Shown: positions 44,610 to 55,445 of the stretch, piece after piece
Position numbering within the stretch: position 1 is the stretch's first letter
Layout of the letters: each line of letters begins with the position of its first letter
NCBI GenBank assembly: GCA_937915455.1
Contig: CALDNN010000225.1
Location: 1,317 to 65,316 of the forward strand
Direction of reading: 5' to 3'
From: an uncultured Clostridia bacterium
Lineage (GTDB): Bacteria; Bacillota; Clostridia; Christensenellales; CAG-138
Length of the DNA stretch: 64,000 bases
Program-made: the position numbers and the translations under genes
Notes under the pieces: model-generated
The model's database searches: none
What the model was told of the DNA's origin: nothing
The model's input: the letters and a program-made list of their open reading frames with translations, nothing else

Positions 44610-46697
44610 ATGCTGCTTTTATCGCCCGCGGGCAGCCCCGAGAGCTTGCGTGCAGCCCTACAAAGCGGGGCGGATGGGGTCTACTTCGGCGGGGCCGCCT
44701 TCAACGCCCGTCGGGGCGCGGCCAATTTTGATGAGAACGCCATGCTGAAGGCTTTGGATGCCTGCCGCCTCTATGGCGCGCGTTCCTTTATCACCATGAA
44801 CACCCTGCTCACAGATCGGGAGCTGCCAGCGGCTTTGGCCTACGCCCGCTTCCTTTACGAGGCCGGGGCGGATGCGCTGATCGTGCAGGACTTGGGCCTG
44901 ATCCACCTTTTAAAGCGGGAATTGCCGGATTTCAGCCTCCACGCCAGCACCCAGTTGGGCGTGTGCGATATCCCGGGGGCCAGGCTAATGCAGGAGTTGG
45001 GCCTGAAATGCGCCGTGCTGGCCCGCGAGGTGGGCCTTGACGGCATCCGCGCCATCCATGCGGCCGTGGATATCCCCCTCGAAGCCTTTGCCCATGGCGC
45101 GCTGTGCATGAGCTTTTCCGGAGCCTGCCTGCTTTCCTCCATGGCCGGGGAGCGGAGCGGCAACCGGGGTACCTGCGCCCAGCCCTGCCGCAAGCGTATG
45201 GCCCTCAGCCGCAAGCCCGGCCCCGATGATTATGCCCTGAGCCTTTCCGACCTTTGCATGCTCGAGCATTTGGATGATCTCGCCTCTGCCGGGGTATCCT
45301 GGCTAAAGCTGGAAGGCCGTATGAAGCGGCCGGAATACGTGGCCGCCGTCACCGCCGCCTACCGCGCCGCCTTGGATGGCGCAAACGCAAAGGAACTTGC
45401 CACGCACAAGCAGCGCCTGCTGGCCCTGTTCGATCGGGGCGGGGGCAAAACGGGCTATTTTTATGGCGATCATGCAATTACGGGCTGCGTGGCCGAGGCG
45501 GCCCCGGCAGCCGCCCTTTTGCGGGAGTTGGCCCAAAGCTACGCCGGCGAGAACCGCCGCCAACCCATCTCATTGCACCTGACCTTGCGTCTGGGCGAAC
45601 CTGTCCGGCTGAAAATTACGGCCGAGGGCCGCGCGTCCATCTCCGTGGAAGGACCTGCGCCCGAACGAGCGGAGAAGCCGCAGAGCGCGGCGCGCTATTT
45701 GGAGCAGCTAAGAAAGCTCGGGGACACGCCCTTCATCGCCGCCTCCTGCACGGGGGAGATCGACGAGGATGCTTACCTACCCGTTCGCAGTCTCAACGAA
45801 CTGCGCCGCCGGACCTGTGAGGCTCTAATCGAAGCCCTACGTTTGCGGCGAAAAGCGCCACAGGCGCAGCCCGCCGAGAATCTCGTGCCCGCGCCGCGAA
45901 ACGAGCCTACGCAGATACTGGCCCTTGTACGCAATGAGGCCCAGGCGCGCGCGGCCGCGGCGGCCGGGGCGGAAATGGTGGCGCTGGAAGCCTCTTTACA
46001 GGCGGAAGCCGCGTTAAACGCTTTGCAAGACCTGCGCGGGCCTGCCCGGCTGCTCCTTGCCCTGCCTACCGCAGCCCCGCAGGGCAAGGAAACGGCGCGC
46101 CTGGAAGGCTTGCTGCATAGCGGCCTTGTCGATGGAGCCGTGGCGGCGAATATCGGCCAAGCGCTGATGACCGAGGGCCTGGCCTTGCGCATCGCGGGCA
46201 CCCAACTGAACGCCTTCAACACCGAAAGCGTGCACAGCCTAAAATCGATGGGATTCGCAGAGGTGATGCTATCTGTGGAACTGACAAAGGCGCAAATGCG
46301 TGATATACTGGCAGTAGATTACGCCTCCGGAATCTCGGCCTATGGCCGGGCGCAGCTGATGCAGCTTTTCCATTGCCCTCGCAAGGAGGCAAGGGGCTGC
46401 GGCGGCTGCACGGGCGTGGGCGATTATCTCGAGGATGAGGCCGGGCGGCGCTTCCCCCTTTCGTCTGTGAAAGGGGCGGACGGCTGCTTGGTGCGCCTAT
46501 TGAACTGCCTGCCCACGGATATAACGGATTACCTCGCGCAATTGCCCAGGCCCGGCCTCGTGCAGCTCGCCTTTTATGAGGAGGAGCCCAGCGAGGTATC
46601 CCGCCTGATCGCGCGGGCCAAAGCGGCTCTCGCTGGCGAGGCTGTGGAGCCGCCTGCGAACGCCACCCGCGGCCATTGGAGCCGGGCCGTGGAATAA
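44610..46697 (+). CDS. U32 family peptidase (long form)
   Basis: Start trimmed to MLLLSPAGS after AGAGGAGAA. U32 core (GADGVYFGG, ERSGNRGTCAQPCR). Confidence 0.85.
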   Translation: MLLLSPAGSPESLRAALQSGADGVYFGGAAFNARRGAANFDENAMLKALDACRLYGARSFITMNTLLTDRELPAALAYARFLYEAGADALIVQDLGLIHLLKRELPDFSLHASTQLGVCDIPGARLMQELGLKCAVLAREVGLDGIRAIHAAVDIPLEAFAHGALCMSFSGACLLSSMAGERSGNRGTCAQPCRKRMALSRKPGPDDYALSLSDLCMLEHLDDLASAGVSWLKLEGRMKRPEYVAAVTAAYRAALDGANAKELATHKQRLLALFDRGGGKTGYFYGDHAITGCVAEAAPAAALLRELAQSYAGENRRQPISLHLTLRLGEPVRLKITAEGRASISVEGPAPERAEKPQSAARYLEQLRKLGDTPFIAASCTGEIDEDAYLPVRSLNELRRRTCEALIEALRLRRKAPQAQPAENLVPAPRNEPTQILALVRNEAQARAAAAAGAEMVALEASLQAEAALNALQDLRGPARLLLALPTAAPQGKETARLEGLLHSGLVDGAVAANIGQALMTEGLALRIAGTQLNAFNTESVHSLKSMGFAEVMLSVELTKAQMRDILAVDYASGISAYGRAQLMQLFHCPRKEARGCGGCTGVGDYLEDEAGRRFPLSSVKGADGCLVRLLNCLPTDITDYLAQLPRPGLVQLAFYEEEPSEVSRLIARAKAALAGEAVEPPANATRGHWSRAVE

Positions 46698-46719
46698 AAG
46701 CAAAAGCAAGGATACGACC

Positions 46720-49071
46720 ATGCTGGATAAAGTATTAAAAACCCTGGAATACGATAAAATACGTGCGCAGCTGGCGCAGAAGGCCCAATGCTTTGCCGGC
46801 CGGGAGCTGGCCGAGGCGCTGACCCCCACCTTTACGCGGGAGGAAGTCGCCTCCGCCCTGGCCCTTACGGCCGAGGCGGAGAGCCTGTATTTGCGCACGG
46901 GCCATGCGCCTGTGGAGGATTTCCCGGATATGCGCCCCTGCCTCAAACGCATTCACGCGGCGCTCTACCTCTCGCCAACGGAGCTTTTGGGCTTGGCACG
47001 GGTTCTTCGGGCCATCCGCCTTTGCAAGGAGGCCTTGGAGGCCGCTGAGGACTGCCCGCGCCTTCGAAACCTTTCAGAATGGCTGGCCGCCCACCGCAGC
47101 GTGGAGGAGGAGATCGGCCGCTGCATCGTCGGCGAAGATGAGATATCCGACGGCGCTTCCCCGGCCCTGGCCCGCATCCGCCGTAGCATGCGGGTCACGA
47201 ACGATCGGGTGCGCGAGCGGCTGGGCAACATGATCCGTTCCACTACCTTTCAGAAATACTTGCAGGAGCCGTTGGTAACCATTCGCAACGGACGTTTCGT
47301 GCTGCCCGTGAAGCAGGAATACAGGCAGAATGTGCCCGGCCTGATCCACGACCAATCCGGCAGCGGAGCCACGCTCTTCATCGAGCCCACGGCTGTGGTG
47401 GAGCTGGGCAATGAATACAAAAAGCTGCTGGGCGAGGAGGAAGAGGAGATCGAGCGCATCCTCGCCGAGCTCACGGCCCTTTGCGCCCCCTATGCGGCGG
47501 ATATGATGGAGGGCCTAAGCATATTGGGCCGTGTAGACCTGGCCTTTGCCAAGGCGCGCTTGGCCCGGGAGATGGAGGCAACGCGACCGGAGCTTGATGA
47601 AAGCGGCTATGCCCGCATCATACGGGGCAGGCATCCGCTGATACCGGCAGATCAAGTGGTGCCTATCGATATCTGGCTGGGGCAGGATTTTCAAACCCTT
47701 ATCATTACCGGCCCTAACACAGGCGGCAAAACGGTGACCCTCAAGACGGTGGGCCTGTTCGTGCTGATGGCCCAGAGCGGCCTTTTCATCCCGGCGCAAG
47801 TGGGTAGCCGTCTGCCCGTGTTCGAGGCCGTGTATGCGGATATCGGCGATGAGCAGAGCATCGAGCAGAGCCTTTCCACCTTCTCCAGCCACATGACCAA
47901 CATCGTTGCCATTTTGGAGCGGGCCGACGTAGGCTCGCTGGTGCTGCTGGATGAGTTGGGGGCGGGCACCGACCCCATTGAGGGCGCGGCGCTCGCCATG
48001 AGCATTCTTGAAGAGCTGCACGGTCGGGGCTGCCTCACCGTGGCCACCACGCACTATAGCGAGATCAAGGCTTTCGCCCTCATGCGGCCCGGCATGGAGA
48101 ACGCCTCCATGGAATTCGACGTGGACAGGCTCTGCCCCACCTACCGGCTGTTCATCGGCATACCCGGCAAATCCAATGCCTTTGAAATTTCCCGCCGCCT
48201 GGGCATGGGCGAGGGCCTGATCGAAAAAGCGCGGGGCTACCTGAAAAATGAAGATGTTAAATTTGAGGATATTATCTCCGGGGCCGAGGCCCAGCACCGC
48301 AGGGCGGAAGAAGAACGCCGCCTGGCTGCCGAGGCCCGACAGGAGCTGGATAAGCTCCGCCGCGAGGTGGAGGAGCAGCGTGTGCGCATGGAGGCCGAAC
48401 GGGAAAAGCTGCGCGCCAAAGCGAAAGAGGATTCCCGCAAGCTGGTGGCGGATACCAGAACGGAAATGGAAAAGCTGATTGCCGATATCCGGGCCATCCC
48501 GGGCGTCGACCAGCGCGCTGCGGACCGGGTCATCCAGCGCTCGCGAGACACCCTCAGGACCAAGGAGGGTGCGCTGGCCGAGCCCTTGGCCAAAAAGAAG
48601 CCCGCCTATGGCACGGCTCCCAAGGCCGTGCGGCCCGGGGACACGGTGCGTATCCTTTCGCTGGATCAAAAGGCTACGGTGCTTTCGCCTTCGGATGCCA
48701 AGGGCGAGGTGCAGGTGCAGGCGGGCATTATGAAGCTGAGCGCCAAGTTAAGCGACCTGCGCCTTTTAGAGGATGACGGGCCCAAGAAGGGTGTGGGCAA
48801 GATCCAGCTGGAAGCGGATCGCCAGGCCGGCATAGAGCTGGATGTGCGGGGCATGCTGGTGGATGAAGCCCTGCTTACGGTAGACCGATATATTGATAAC
48901 TGCCTTTTGAGCGGGCTTACGGAGATCAGCATCATCCACGGCAAGGGCACGGGCGCGCTGCGGGCCGGCGTCCAGGATTTCCTTCGGCGGGACAAGCGGG
49001 TCAAGAGCTTCCGCATGGGCGCATACGGCGAAGGCGACGCGGGCGTGACCGTGGTCAGCTTCCAAAAATAA
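46720..49071 (+). CDS. mutS2: Endonuclease MutS2
   Basis: 783 aa. Walker A GPNTGGKT, a coiled-coil middle region and a C-terminal Smr domain (IHGKGTGALR). Confidence 0.92.
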   Translation: MLDKVLKTLEYDKIRAQLAQKAQCFAGRELAEALTPTFTREEVASALALTAEAESLYLRTGHAPVEDFPDMRPCLKRIHAALYLSPTELLGLARVLRAIRLCKEALEAAEDCPRLRNLSEWLAAHRSVEEEIGRCIVGEDEISDGASPALARIRRSMRVTNDRVRERLGNMIRSTTFQKYLQEPLVTIRNGRFVLPVKQEYRQNVPGLIHDQSGSGATLFIEPTAVVELGNEYKKLLGEEEEEIERILAELTALCAPYAADMMEGLSILGRVDLAFAKARLAREMEATRPELDESGYARIIRGRHPLIPADQVVPIDIWLGQDFQTLIITGPNTGGKTVTLKTVGLFVLMAQSGLFIPAQVGSRLPVFEAVYADIGDEQSIEQSLSTFSSHMTNIVAILERADVGSLVLLDELGAGTDPIEGAALAMSILEELHGRGCLTVATTHYSEIKAFALMRPGMENASMEFDVDRLCPTYRLFIGIPGKSNAFEISRRLGMGEGLIEKARGYLKNEDVKFEDIISGAEAQHRRAEEERRLAAEARQELDKLRREVEEQRVRMEAEREKLRAKAKEDSRKLVADTRTEMEKLIADIRAIPGVDQRAADRVIQRSRDTLRTKEGALAEPLAKKKPAYGTAPKAVRPGDTVRILSLDQKATVLSPSDAKGEVQVQAGIMKLSAKLSDLRLLEDDGPKKGVGKIQLEADRQAGIELDVRGMLVDEALLTVDRYIDNCLLSGLTEISIIHGKGTGALRAGVQDFLRRDKRVKSFRMGAYGEGDAGVTVVSFQK

Positions 49072-49124
49072 CACAGAAATTTACACCCAGTTCATACAAG
49101 CTGCGGGGAAGGATGGTATCATTA

Positions 49125-49577
49125 ATGACAAAACTGGCCGTGTCCGCCTGCCTACTGGGGGAGAGCTGCCGCTATAACGGCAAAGCCAAAGCGGATGCAA
49201 CCGTGATTGAGCGGGCCAAGGCCGCAGGCGCGCTCGCCATTTGCCCGGAATGCCTAGGCGGCCTGCCTACGCCCCGCCTGCCCAGCGAAATCCGGGGCGG
49301 CGACGGGGAAGACGTGCTCGATGGCCTCGCCAAAGTGGTCGATCAAGCGGGCCGGGATGTAACGGCGGCCTTCATCAAGGGTGCACAGGAAGCCCTGCGC
49401 GTTTGTCAGGAGGCTGGGGTCACGGAGGCCATTCTGAAGGCCCGCAGCCCTTCCTGCGGCGCAGGAACCATCTACGACGGCAGCTTTTCGGGCCAATGCA
49501 GGCCGGGGATGGGCGTGGCGGCCGCGCTGTTTAAGCGCTACGGTATCGCCCTTTCGACCGAAGAAGAAGCAGAATAA
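49125..49577 (+). CDS. DUF523 domain protein
   Basis: SACLLGESCRYNG...CPE...SPSCG pattern. Confidence 0.75.
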   Translation: MTKLAVSACLLGESCRYNGKAKADATVIERAKAAGALAICPECLGGLPTPRLPSEIRGGDGEDVLDGLAKVVDQAGRDVTAAFIKGAQEALRVCQEAGVTEAILKARSPSCGAGTIYDGSFSGQCRPGMGVAAALFKRYGIALSTEEEAE

Positions 49578-49589
49578 GGGGGAATCGCC

Positions 49590-50270
49590 ATGGAGAAGAA
49601 TTCCATTCTGGTCATCGATGACGACCGGAATATCCTGGCCATCATCGAAATGTACCTGCGCAAGGCCGGCTATGAGGTGACCTGCGGCGAGCGGGGGGAT
49701 GAGGCCCTGCAGCTTTTCCGCAAGGTGCAGCCCGCGCTGGTGGTGCTGGATGTGATGCTGCCCGGCCTGGACGGTTGGGAGGTATTGGGCAAGATGCGGG
49801 CCGAAAGCGACGTGCCCGTGATCATGCTCACCGCAAAAGGGGATACGCTCGATCGCATCCAGGGTCTCGACCTTGGCGCGGACGACTATATCGTTAAGCC
49901 CTTTGACGCAAAAGAGCTCCTAGCCCGGGTCAAGGCGGTGCTTCGGCGCAGCAGCCAGCCCGAAAACGAAAAGAGCGTGGAATTCGAGGGCCTTTCCATT
50001 TCCCTCGACAATTACGCCGTTATTATGGATGGCAAGCAGATCGAAATGCCGCCCAAGGAGATCGAGCTGCTGTTCTTCCTGGCCTCGCGCGAGGGCAAGG
50101 TATTCACACGCGAGCAGCTTTTGGAGCAGGTATGGGGCTTCGATTTCTTTGGTGATTCCCGCACGGTGGATGTGCACGTAAAGCGCATCCGCGAAAAGCT
50201 GGGCGAGCGGGAGGCTTGGCAGCTCAAAACCGTGTGGGGCGTGGGCTATAAATTCGAGGCTAAAAAATAA
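49590..50270 (+). CDS. OmpR-family response regulator
   Basis: Receiver domain (LVVLDVMLPGLDG) plus a winged-helix C-terminus (WGVGYKF). Confidence 0.9.
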   Translation: MEKNSILVIDDDRNILAIIEMYLRKAGYEVTCGERGDEALQLFRKVQPALVVLDVMLPGLDGWEVLGKMRAESDVPVIMLTAKGDTLDRIQGLDLGADDYIVKPFDAKELLARVKAVLRRSSQPENEKSVEFEGLSISLDNYAVIMDGKQIEMPPKEIELLFFLASREGKVFTREQLLEQVWGFDFFGDSRTVDVHVKRIREKLGEREAWQLKTVWGVGYKFEAKK

Positions 50271-51746
50271 ATGTTCAGAACCCTCTTTTCCCGCATGCTG
50301 GTCACCTACCTTTCCGTAACGCTGGGGCTGATGATCCTCTTGGGCGTTACGGTGGGCAGCATGTTCCAGCAGCAATATATGGGGGAAAAGGAGAGCGAAC
50401 TTCGGCGCGAGGCCGAGGAGATCGCCGACACGGTGGTCAACCGCTATATGGATGACGACAAGCGGCCCCTGGCGGAAAAGGAGCTATTGACCATCGCCCG
50501 TAAATACGACGCCATGATCGTGCTGCGCTTTGCCGATGCCAAATACGGAAAACGGGCCTTTGTGGATGAAGGCTCGCAGGAAAAATGGAAGGGCAGCCAG
50601 GATATGGATGTGGAGGAGCAGGCGCTCGCCCTGCTTGACGGGACGGACGCGGGCTGCATCGTCACCAATATGCTCCAGGATCGGGTGGATATCCCGGTGA
50701 TGACCCTCATAGCCCCCATCGCTAATGGAGAGAGGATCATTGCGGCGCTTTTTTTGCACACGGATATGAGCCGTATCAACGCCTCCGTGCGCCAGGTATG
50801 GATGGATGTGCTGCTCTATTCCTGTATCGCGGTACTGGTGGCCTTTTTAGCGGTGAGCTATACCACGGGCCGCATTACCCGGCCCATCATCGATATGAAC
50901 GCCACGGTGCTGCGCTTTTCCAAGGGCGAGTTCGACCTGCGCCTGCGGGCCAAAGGGCAGGATGAAGTAGCCCAGCTGGGCAAGAGCTTTAACCTGATGG
51001 CAAATGAGCTCAATTCATTGGAGCAATCCCGCCGCAGCTTCGTGGCCAACGTTTCCCACGAGCTGCGCTCGCCGCTCACCTCCATGCGCGGCTTTTTGGA
51101 GGCCATACAGGATGGCACCATTCCCCCGGAGGAAAGCCCAAAATATCTGGCGATCGTCATCGACGAGAACCGCCGCATGACCGGCATGGTCAACGACCTC
51201 CTGGATCTCGCCCGCATTGAATCCGGCCAATACGCCCTTAATTTGAGCGCCTTCGACATCAACGAGCTGATCGCCCGCACCCTGCTAACCTTCGAGGCCC
51301 GCATCGACTCTGCGCATATCGAAATAGCGCTTGATTTTTCCGAAAATTACTGCTATGTTGAAGCGGATGCGGACCAGATCGCACAGGTGCTGCGAAACCT
51401 CATTGACAATGCCGTCAAATTCACCCCGGAGGGAGGCCGCCTGACTATTTCCACAGCTGCGGATAAGCGGCTTGCGACCATCCGCGTGGCGGATAGCGGC
51501 AAGGGCATGGCGGCGGAGGATATCCCCTATGTGTTCGATAGGTTCTACAAAGCCGAAAAGGCGCATACCCCCCGCGCACAAAGCGGAACCGGCTTGGGGC
51601 TCTCCATCGTCAAGCGCATTATTGCCGCGCATGGGCAGGATATAACAGTAGAGAGCGAGCTGGGCAGCGGTACGGCCTTCATCTTTACCCTCAAACGGGC
51701 TGAGCGGCCCCAGCTGCAGCCCAAACTCTCGCAGCGGCGTGCATAG
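50271..51746 (+). CDS. Sensor histidine kinase
   Basis: Two TM segments, HAMP, HisKA (SHELRSPLTS) and HATPase (GTGLGLSIV). Confidence 0.9.
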   Translation: MFRTLFSRMLVTYLSVTLGLMILLGVTVGSMFQQQYMGEKESELRREAEEIADTVVNRYMDDDKRPLAEKELLTIARKYDAMIVLRFADAKYGKRAFVDEGSQEKWKGSQDMDVEEQALALLDGTDAGCIVTNMLQDRVDIPVMTLIAPIANGERIIAALFLHTDMSRINASVRQVWMDVLLYSCIAVLVAFLAVSYTTGRITRPIIDMNATVLRFSKGEFDLRLRAKGQDEVAQLGKSFNLMANELNSLEQSRRSFVANVSHELRSPLTSMRGFLEAIQDGTIPPEESPKYLAIVIDENRRMTGMVNDLLDLARIESGQYALNLSAFDINELIARTLLTFEARIDSAHIEIALDFSENYCYVEADADQIAQVLRNLIDNAVKFTPEGGRLTISTAADKRLATIRVADSGKGMAAEDIPYVFDRFYKAEKAHTPRAQSGTGLGLSIVKRIIAAHGQDITVESELGSGTAFIFTLKRAERPQLQPKLSQRRA

Positions 51747-51775
51747 CGCGAAGCGATTCGTGGAAAGGAATATAT

Positions 51776-53197
51776 ATGGAAGAGAACAACACCTATCAGC
51801 GTGAACAACAGGAAAACCCACCAAAAGAGGAGCAGGCGCCCGCCTCTTATCCCAACGCGCGGCCACGCTTCAGCACGGAGCAGCCGGAGAAAAAGCGCGG
51901 CAACATAGGCGGCTATGTGGCTGTGGGCGCGGTCTGCCTGCTGGTGGGCTTGGCGCTGGGCTCGCTGATCACGGGGCTGGTGTCCCTGGGCACGAGCGGC
52001 ATATCTGCCCTGATCCGGGAGGGCACGGAGCATACGCCTGAGGATATTTGGAAATGGGATTGGGAATGGGATGGCTTTGGCCCCCGCTCGGATGCGCCGC
52101 ATCCCGCCGAGCCCGAAGCCGTGAAGCCCGAGAAGATCGAGCCGCCCGAATATGTTTCGAGGCCCCTGCCTGCCTTCGACGGGCAAGCGCCGGCGCTCGG
52201 CAATGTAGTCAACCCCCTGCCCGATATCGTGGAGCATTCGAGCAAGGGCGTGGTTGGCCTGGATATTTACTATGCCTCCGAGCGTGGCGATGAGGATTTT
52301 TTGGGCGGCTACGGCAGCGGCTTTGTAGTTTCCAGCGAGGGCTATATCATTACTAATGCCCATGTGGTGGAGGATGCTTCCCGCGTAATGGTGAAGTTTA
52401 CCGATGGGGATGAGCTCGAAGCCGAGATAGTAGGCGCGGATACGCGCCTCGATGTGGCCGTGCTCAAGATCGAGCCGGCGGATTCACTCACGCCCCTGGC
52501 CCTCGGTACGAGCGCCGATGTGCGGGTGGGCGATTTTACCGTGGCCATCGGCAACCCCACGGGCGAGAAGCTGGCGGATACAGCCACCTTCGGCATCATC
52601 AGCGCCACAGGCCGCCAAACAAATGTGGATGGCCGGGTTAACAGCTATTTGCAAACGGACGCGGCTATCAATCCCGGCTCCAGCGGCGGCCCTCTGCTCG
52701 ATATGCAGGGCAGGGTGATCGGCATCACCAGCGCTAAAACCCTCTACGCCGGCTATGACGATTATGGCAACGTGGTCAACGCCGAGGGCATTGGCTACGC
52801 CATTCCCATCGACGACGCCATGAAGGTGGTGGCGGAGCTGATCACCACGGGACACGTGGTGCGGCCCGGCATCGGCATTTCCGTTGTGACCATCGACGCA
52901 TACTACGCCGAGGAATACGACATCCCCGAGGGCGTGCTGGTCTATACCGTAACGCGCAACGGCCCGGCCCACCATGCGGATCTACGCGTGAACGACATCA
53001 TCCTCTCCTACAATGGCATCGTGCCCGGTGAGCATAGCGACCTTGTGGACTATGTGGCAGGCTTACAGGTGGGCGATACGATCGAGTTCCACATCTGGCG
53101 CAATGGTAAGGAGATGGATATTACCCTCACCGTTGCAGACATCAACCTGGTCGGCACGGAGATCCTTAACGGAGAATACGCGGATATCATCGATTGA
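51776..53197 (+). CDS. htrA: HtrA/DegP-type serine protease with PDZ domain
   Basis: One TM; trypsin-like core (TNAHVV, DVAVLK, GSSGGPL); C-terminal PDZ. Confidence 0.88.
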   Translation: MEENNTYQREQQENPPKEEQAPASYPNARPRFSTEQPEKKRGNIGGYVAVGAVCLLVGLALGSLITGLVSLGTSGISALIREGTEHTPEDIWKWDWEWDGFGPRSDAPHPAEPEAVKPEKIEPPEYVSRPLPAFDGQAPALGNVVNPLPDIVEHSSKGVVGLDIYYASERGDEDFLGGYGSGFVVSSEGYIITNAHVVEDASRVMVKFTDGDELEAEIVGADTRLDVAVLKIEPADSLTPLALGTSADVRVGDFTVAIGNPTGEKLADTATFGIISATGRQTNVDGRVNSYLQTDAAINPGSSGGPLLDMQGRVIGITSAKTLYAGYDDYGNVVNAEGIGYAIPIDDAMKVVAELITTGHVVRPGIGISVVTIDAYYAEEYDIPEGVLVYTVTRNGPAHHADLRVNDIILSYNGIVPGEHSDLVDYVAGLQVGDTIEFHIWRNGKEMDITLTVADINLVGTEILNGEYADIID

Positions 53198-53418
53198 TAT
53201 CGCAAACGAGCAAACAAAGCGGCGCACGGCATCGTGCGCCGCCGTTTGTTTCCCCCAAAAGGGTGCGGCGGGCTAGACGCAGGGCACAATAAAGACGGAT
53301 AAAAACGGGGGCGCACATGGCCTGCCCCGGGCCGCCGGCAAGGTAAAAAACGCATTTTGGTATGGTTATGTACTGTCTATGGGAATAATAAACCAAAACC
53401 CCAAGGAGGTTTTGGTTT

Positions 53419-54030
53419 ATGAACGGATTGCATCCCTCTGGCGTTTTGCGCGCCTCCACGGCGCTGATGCTCTGCTGTGCCATGCTGCTGCTGGGCGCGG
53501 CCGGGGGCTACAGCCTCGGAAGCAGGGAGCGGGTGAACATAGAATCCCCTGCGGAGGCTGCCCTGCCCCCGGAGGCGGCGCAGGCTGACCCAACAGAGGC
53601 GGCGGAGCCGCCCGTGGGCGCGGCGCAGGTAGCCAAAATGGGCGAGGAGACCGTATCCCCGAATGCGGTCGTGACCTGGCGCTACCAAATGGCCTGTGGC
53701 CACATCGTGGAGCTGACGGACGCGCAGCCCGTTATCGGCAAGACCCGGCTAGAGCTGGAGGAAGACTACGGGGCCGCGGCGGTGGAAGCTTTCAGCCCCG
53801 AGGTGGTGACGCTGTGCCTTCAATCAGATAACTTCTGCCCCGTGCACTATGTGCTCGTACTGAAGGATGAAGCCCTTACCGTGCAAAAAACGAATGAAAA
53901 GCTGGAGGTGGAGGTGCTGCTGACTCTAGATGTGGATCTGCCCGCCGATGCTGCCGCGGAATGCGCCGATGGCCTGCCGTTCGACAGCCTGGAGGACATC
54001 AATATTTACTTGGAAGGCATCGAGGGATAA
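53419..54030 (+). CDS. BofC-like sporulation protein (tentative)
   Basis: Signal/TM N-terminus. The C-terminal segment ...FCPVHYVLVLKDEALTV... resembles the BofC C-terminal domain. It lies next to the ruv genes, as bofC does in B. subtilis. Confidence 0.45.
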   Translation: MNGLHPSGVLRASTALMLCCAMLLLGAAGGYSLGSRERVNIESPAEAALPPEAAQADPTEAAEPPVGAAQVAKMGEETVSPNAVVTWRYQMACGHIVELTDAQPVIGKTRLELEEDYGAAAVEAFSPEVVTLCLQSDNFCPVHYVLVLKDEALTVQKTNEKLEVEVLLTLDVDLPADAAAECADGLPFDSLEDINIYLEGIEG

Positions 54031-54159
54031 AGGAAGATACGGAGCTGTAGGGAGCGCTCAGCAGGATGCGCTCCTTTTCCACTTGAAGCGGCGCAAATCG
54101 GGTTGTGAAACATAAATTCCCATGGTACAATAAAATAAGTATAATTATGAGGTGAGCGC

Positions 54160-54660
54160 TTGATCATTCTGGGCATTGATCCGGGCTATGCTATTTTGGG
54201 CTACGGCGTGCTGGAAGCCAGGCTGGGCCAGAGGCCTAGGCCCGTGGACTATGGTGTGATCGAAACGGCTGCGGACGAGCCTTTTCCCCAGCGGCTGGAC
54301 AAGCTATACCTGGGGGTGCGCCAGCTCATCGGCCTCTATAAGCCGGAACAGGTGGCCTTTGAGGAGCTTTTTTTCTACCGCAATGTGACCACGGCCCTGC
54401 AAGTGGGGGCCGGGCGGGGCGTGGCCCTCCTGGCGGCCCAGCAGGCGGGCCTGCCGCTGTATGAATATACCCCCATGCAGATCAAGCTGGCCGTGTGCGG
54501 TAACGGGCACGCGGATAAGCGGCAGATCCAGCAGATGGTGCGCCTTCTGCTCTGCCTGAAGGAACTGCCCAAGCCGGACGACGCGGCGGACGCCCTGGGA
54601 GCGGCCATATGCCACGCGAATACCTGCGGCCCGGCTGCGGAGGAATTCCGCATCCGCTAA
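54160..54660 (+). CDS. ruvC: Crossover junction endodeoxyribonuclease RuvC
   Basis: IILGIDPGYAILGYGV N-terminus; DAADALGAAICH C-terminal block. Confidence 0.9.
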   Translation: MIILGIDPGYAILGYGVLEARLGQRPRPVDYGVIETAADEPFPQRLDKLYLGVRQLIGLYKPEQVAFEELFFYRNVTTALQVGAGRGVALLAAQQAGLPLYEYTPMQIKLAVCGNGHADKRQIQQMVRLLLCLKELPKPDDAADALGAAICHANTCGPAAEEFRIR

Positions 54661-54844
54661 TTTGGGTTTGAGATGATGCATTGCTCCACCGATTAAACAA
54701 TGCCAAAGGATAGGCAAGAAATTTTGGTGCAGAGCAAGGAAGCGGAGCGAAGGCGTACCCGCAGCGGTACGCTGAGCGAGACGATGACGCAGGTACGCCA
54801 AAATAACTGCCAGGCTTGGCAGGATTTAGTGGGGGGAGCAATAG

Positions 54845-55429
54845 ATGTTTGCACATATTCGTGGCATTGTGGATGAGCTCGCGCCGGATCGGGCCGTGAT
54901 CGAGGCGGGCGGCGTGGGCTACGAGCTGCAATGCTCCACGGCCACGCTAAAGACCCTCCAAACCGGGGCCCAGGCTAAGCTATACGTGCATTTTCATCTT
55001 GCGCAGGATGCGGTATCCCTTTATGGCTTTGCCTCCGCGCAGGAGCGGGCGATGTTCCGCCGGCTGATCGGCGTGACCCGTGTGGGCCCCAAGTTGGCCC
55101 TGGCCGTGCTGAGCCATTTGAGCGTATCCGATATTGCGGCTGCCATCCTCACGGAAAACGAAGCCGCTTTGAGCCAGGTGCCTGGTATGGGCAAAAAGAC
55201 GACCGCCCGCCTGCTCCTGGAGCTGAAAGAAAAGGTCTCTGAGGATATGGGCGCGGCCGGTGGGCTTAGCGGCGGCGTTTCGCTCGATATGCGGGCCGAG
55301 GCCACGGCCGCCCTGGTGGCCCTGGGTTACGACGGCGTGGTGGCCGGGCGGGCCGTAGCTGCCGTGCCGGCGAGCGAGCGGGTCGAGGATATGATTACGG
55401 CGGCGCTTCGAAGCTTGGCCGCCAAATAG
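54845..55429 (+). CDS. ruvA: Holliday junction branch migration protein RuvA
   Basis: MFAHIRGIV...GVGYEL...VPGMGKKTAARL. Confidence 0.9.
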   Translation: MFAHIRGIVDELAPDRAVIEAGGVGYELQCSTATLKTLQTGAQAKLYVHFHLAQDAVSLYGFASAQERAMFRRLIGVTRVGPKLALAVLSHLSVSDIAAAILTENEAALSQVPGMGKKTTARLLLELKEKVSEDMGAAGGLSGGVSLDMRAEATAALVALGYDGVVAGRAVAAVPASERVEDMITAALRSLAAK

Positions 55430-55445
55430 GGAATAGGAGAACGGG

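Noticed and set aside
54700-54879. 59-aa ORF between ruvC and ruvA (MPKDRQEILVQSKEAERRRTRSGTLSE...)
   Set aside because: It has no RBS, overlaps the ruvA start, and its sequence coincides with hairpin-forming DNA. It is more likely a structured spacer than a gene.
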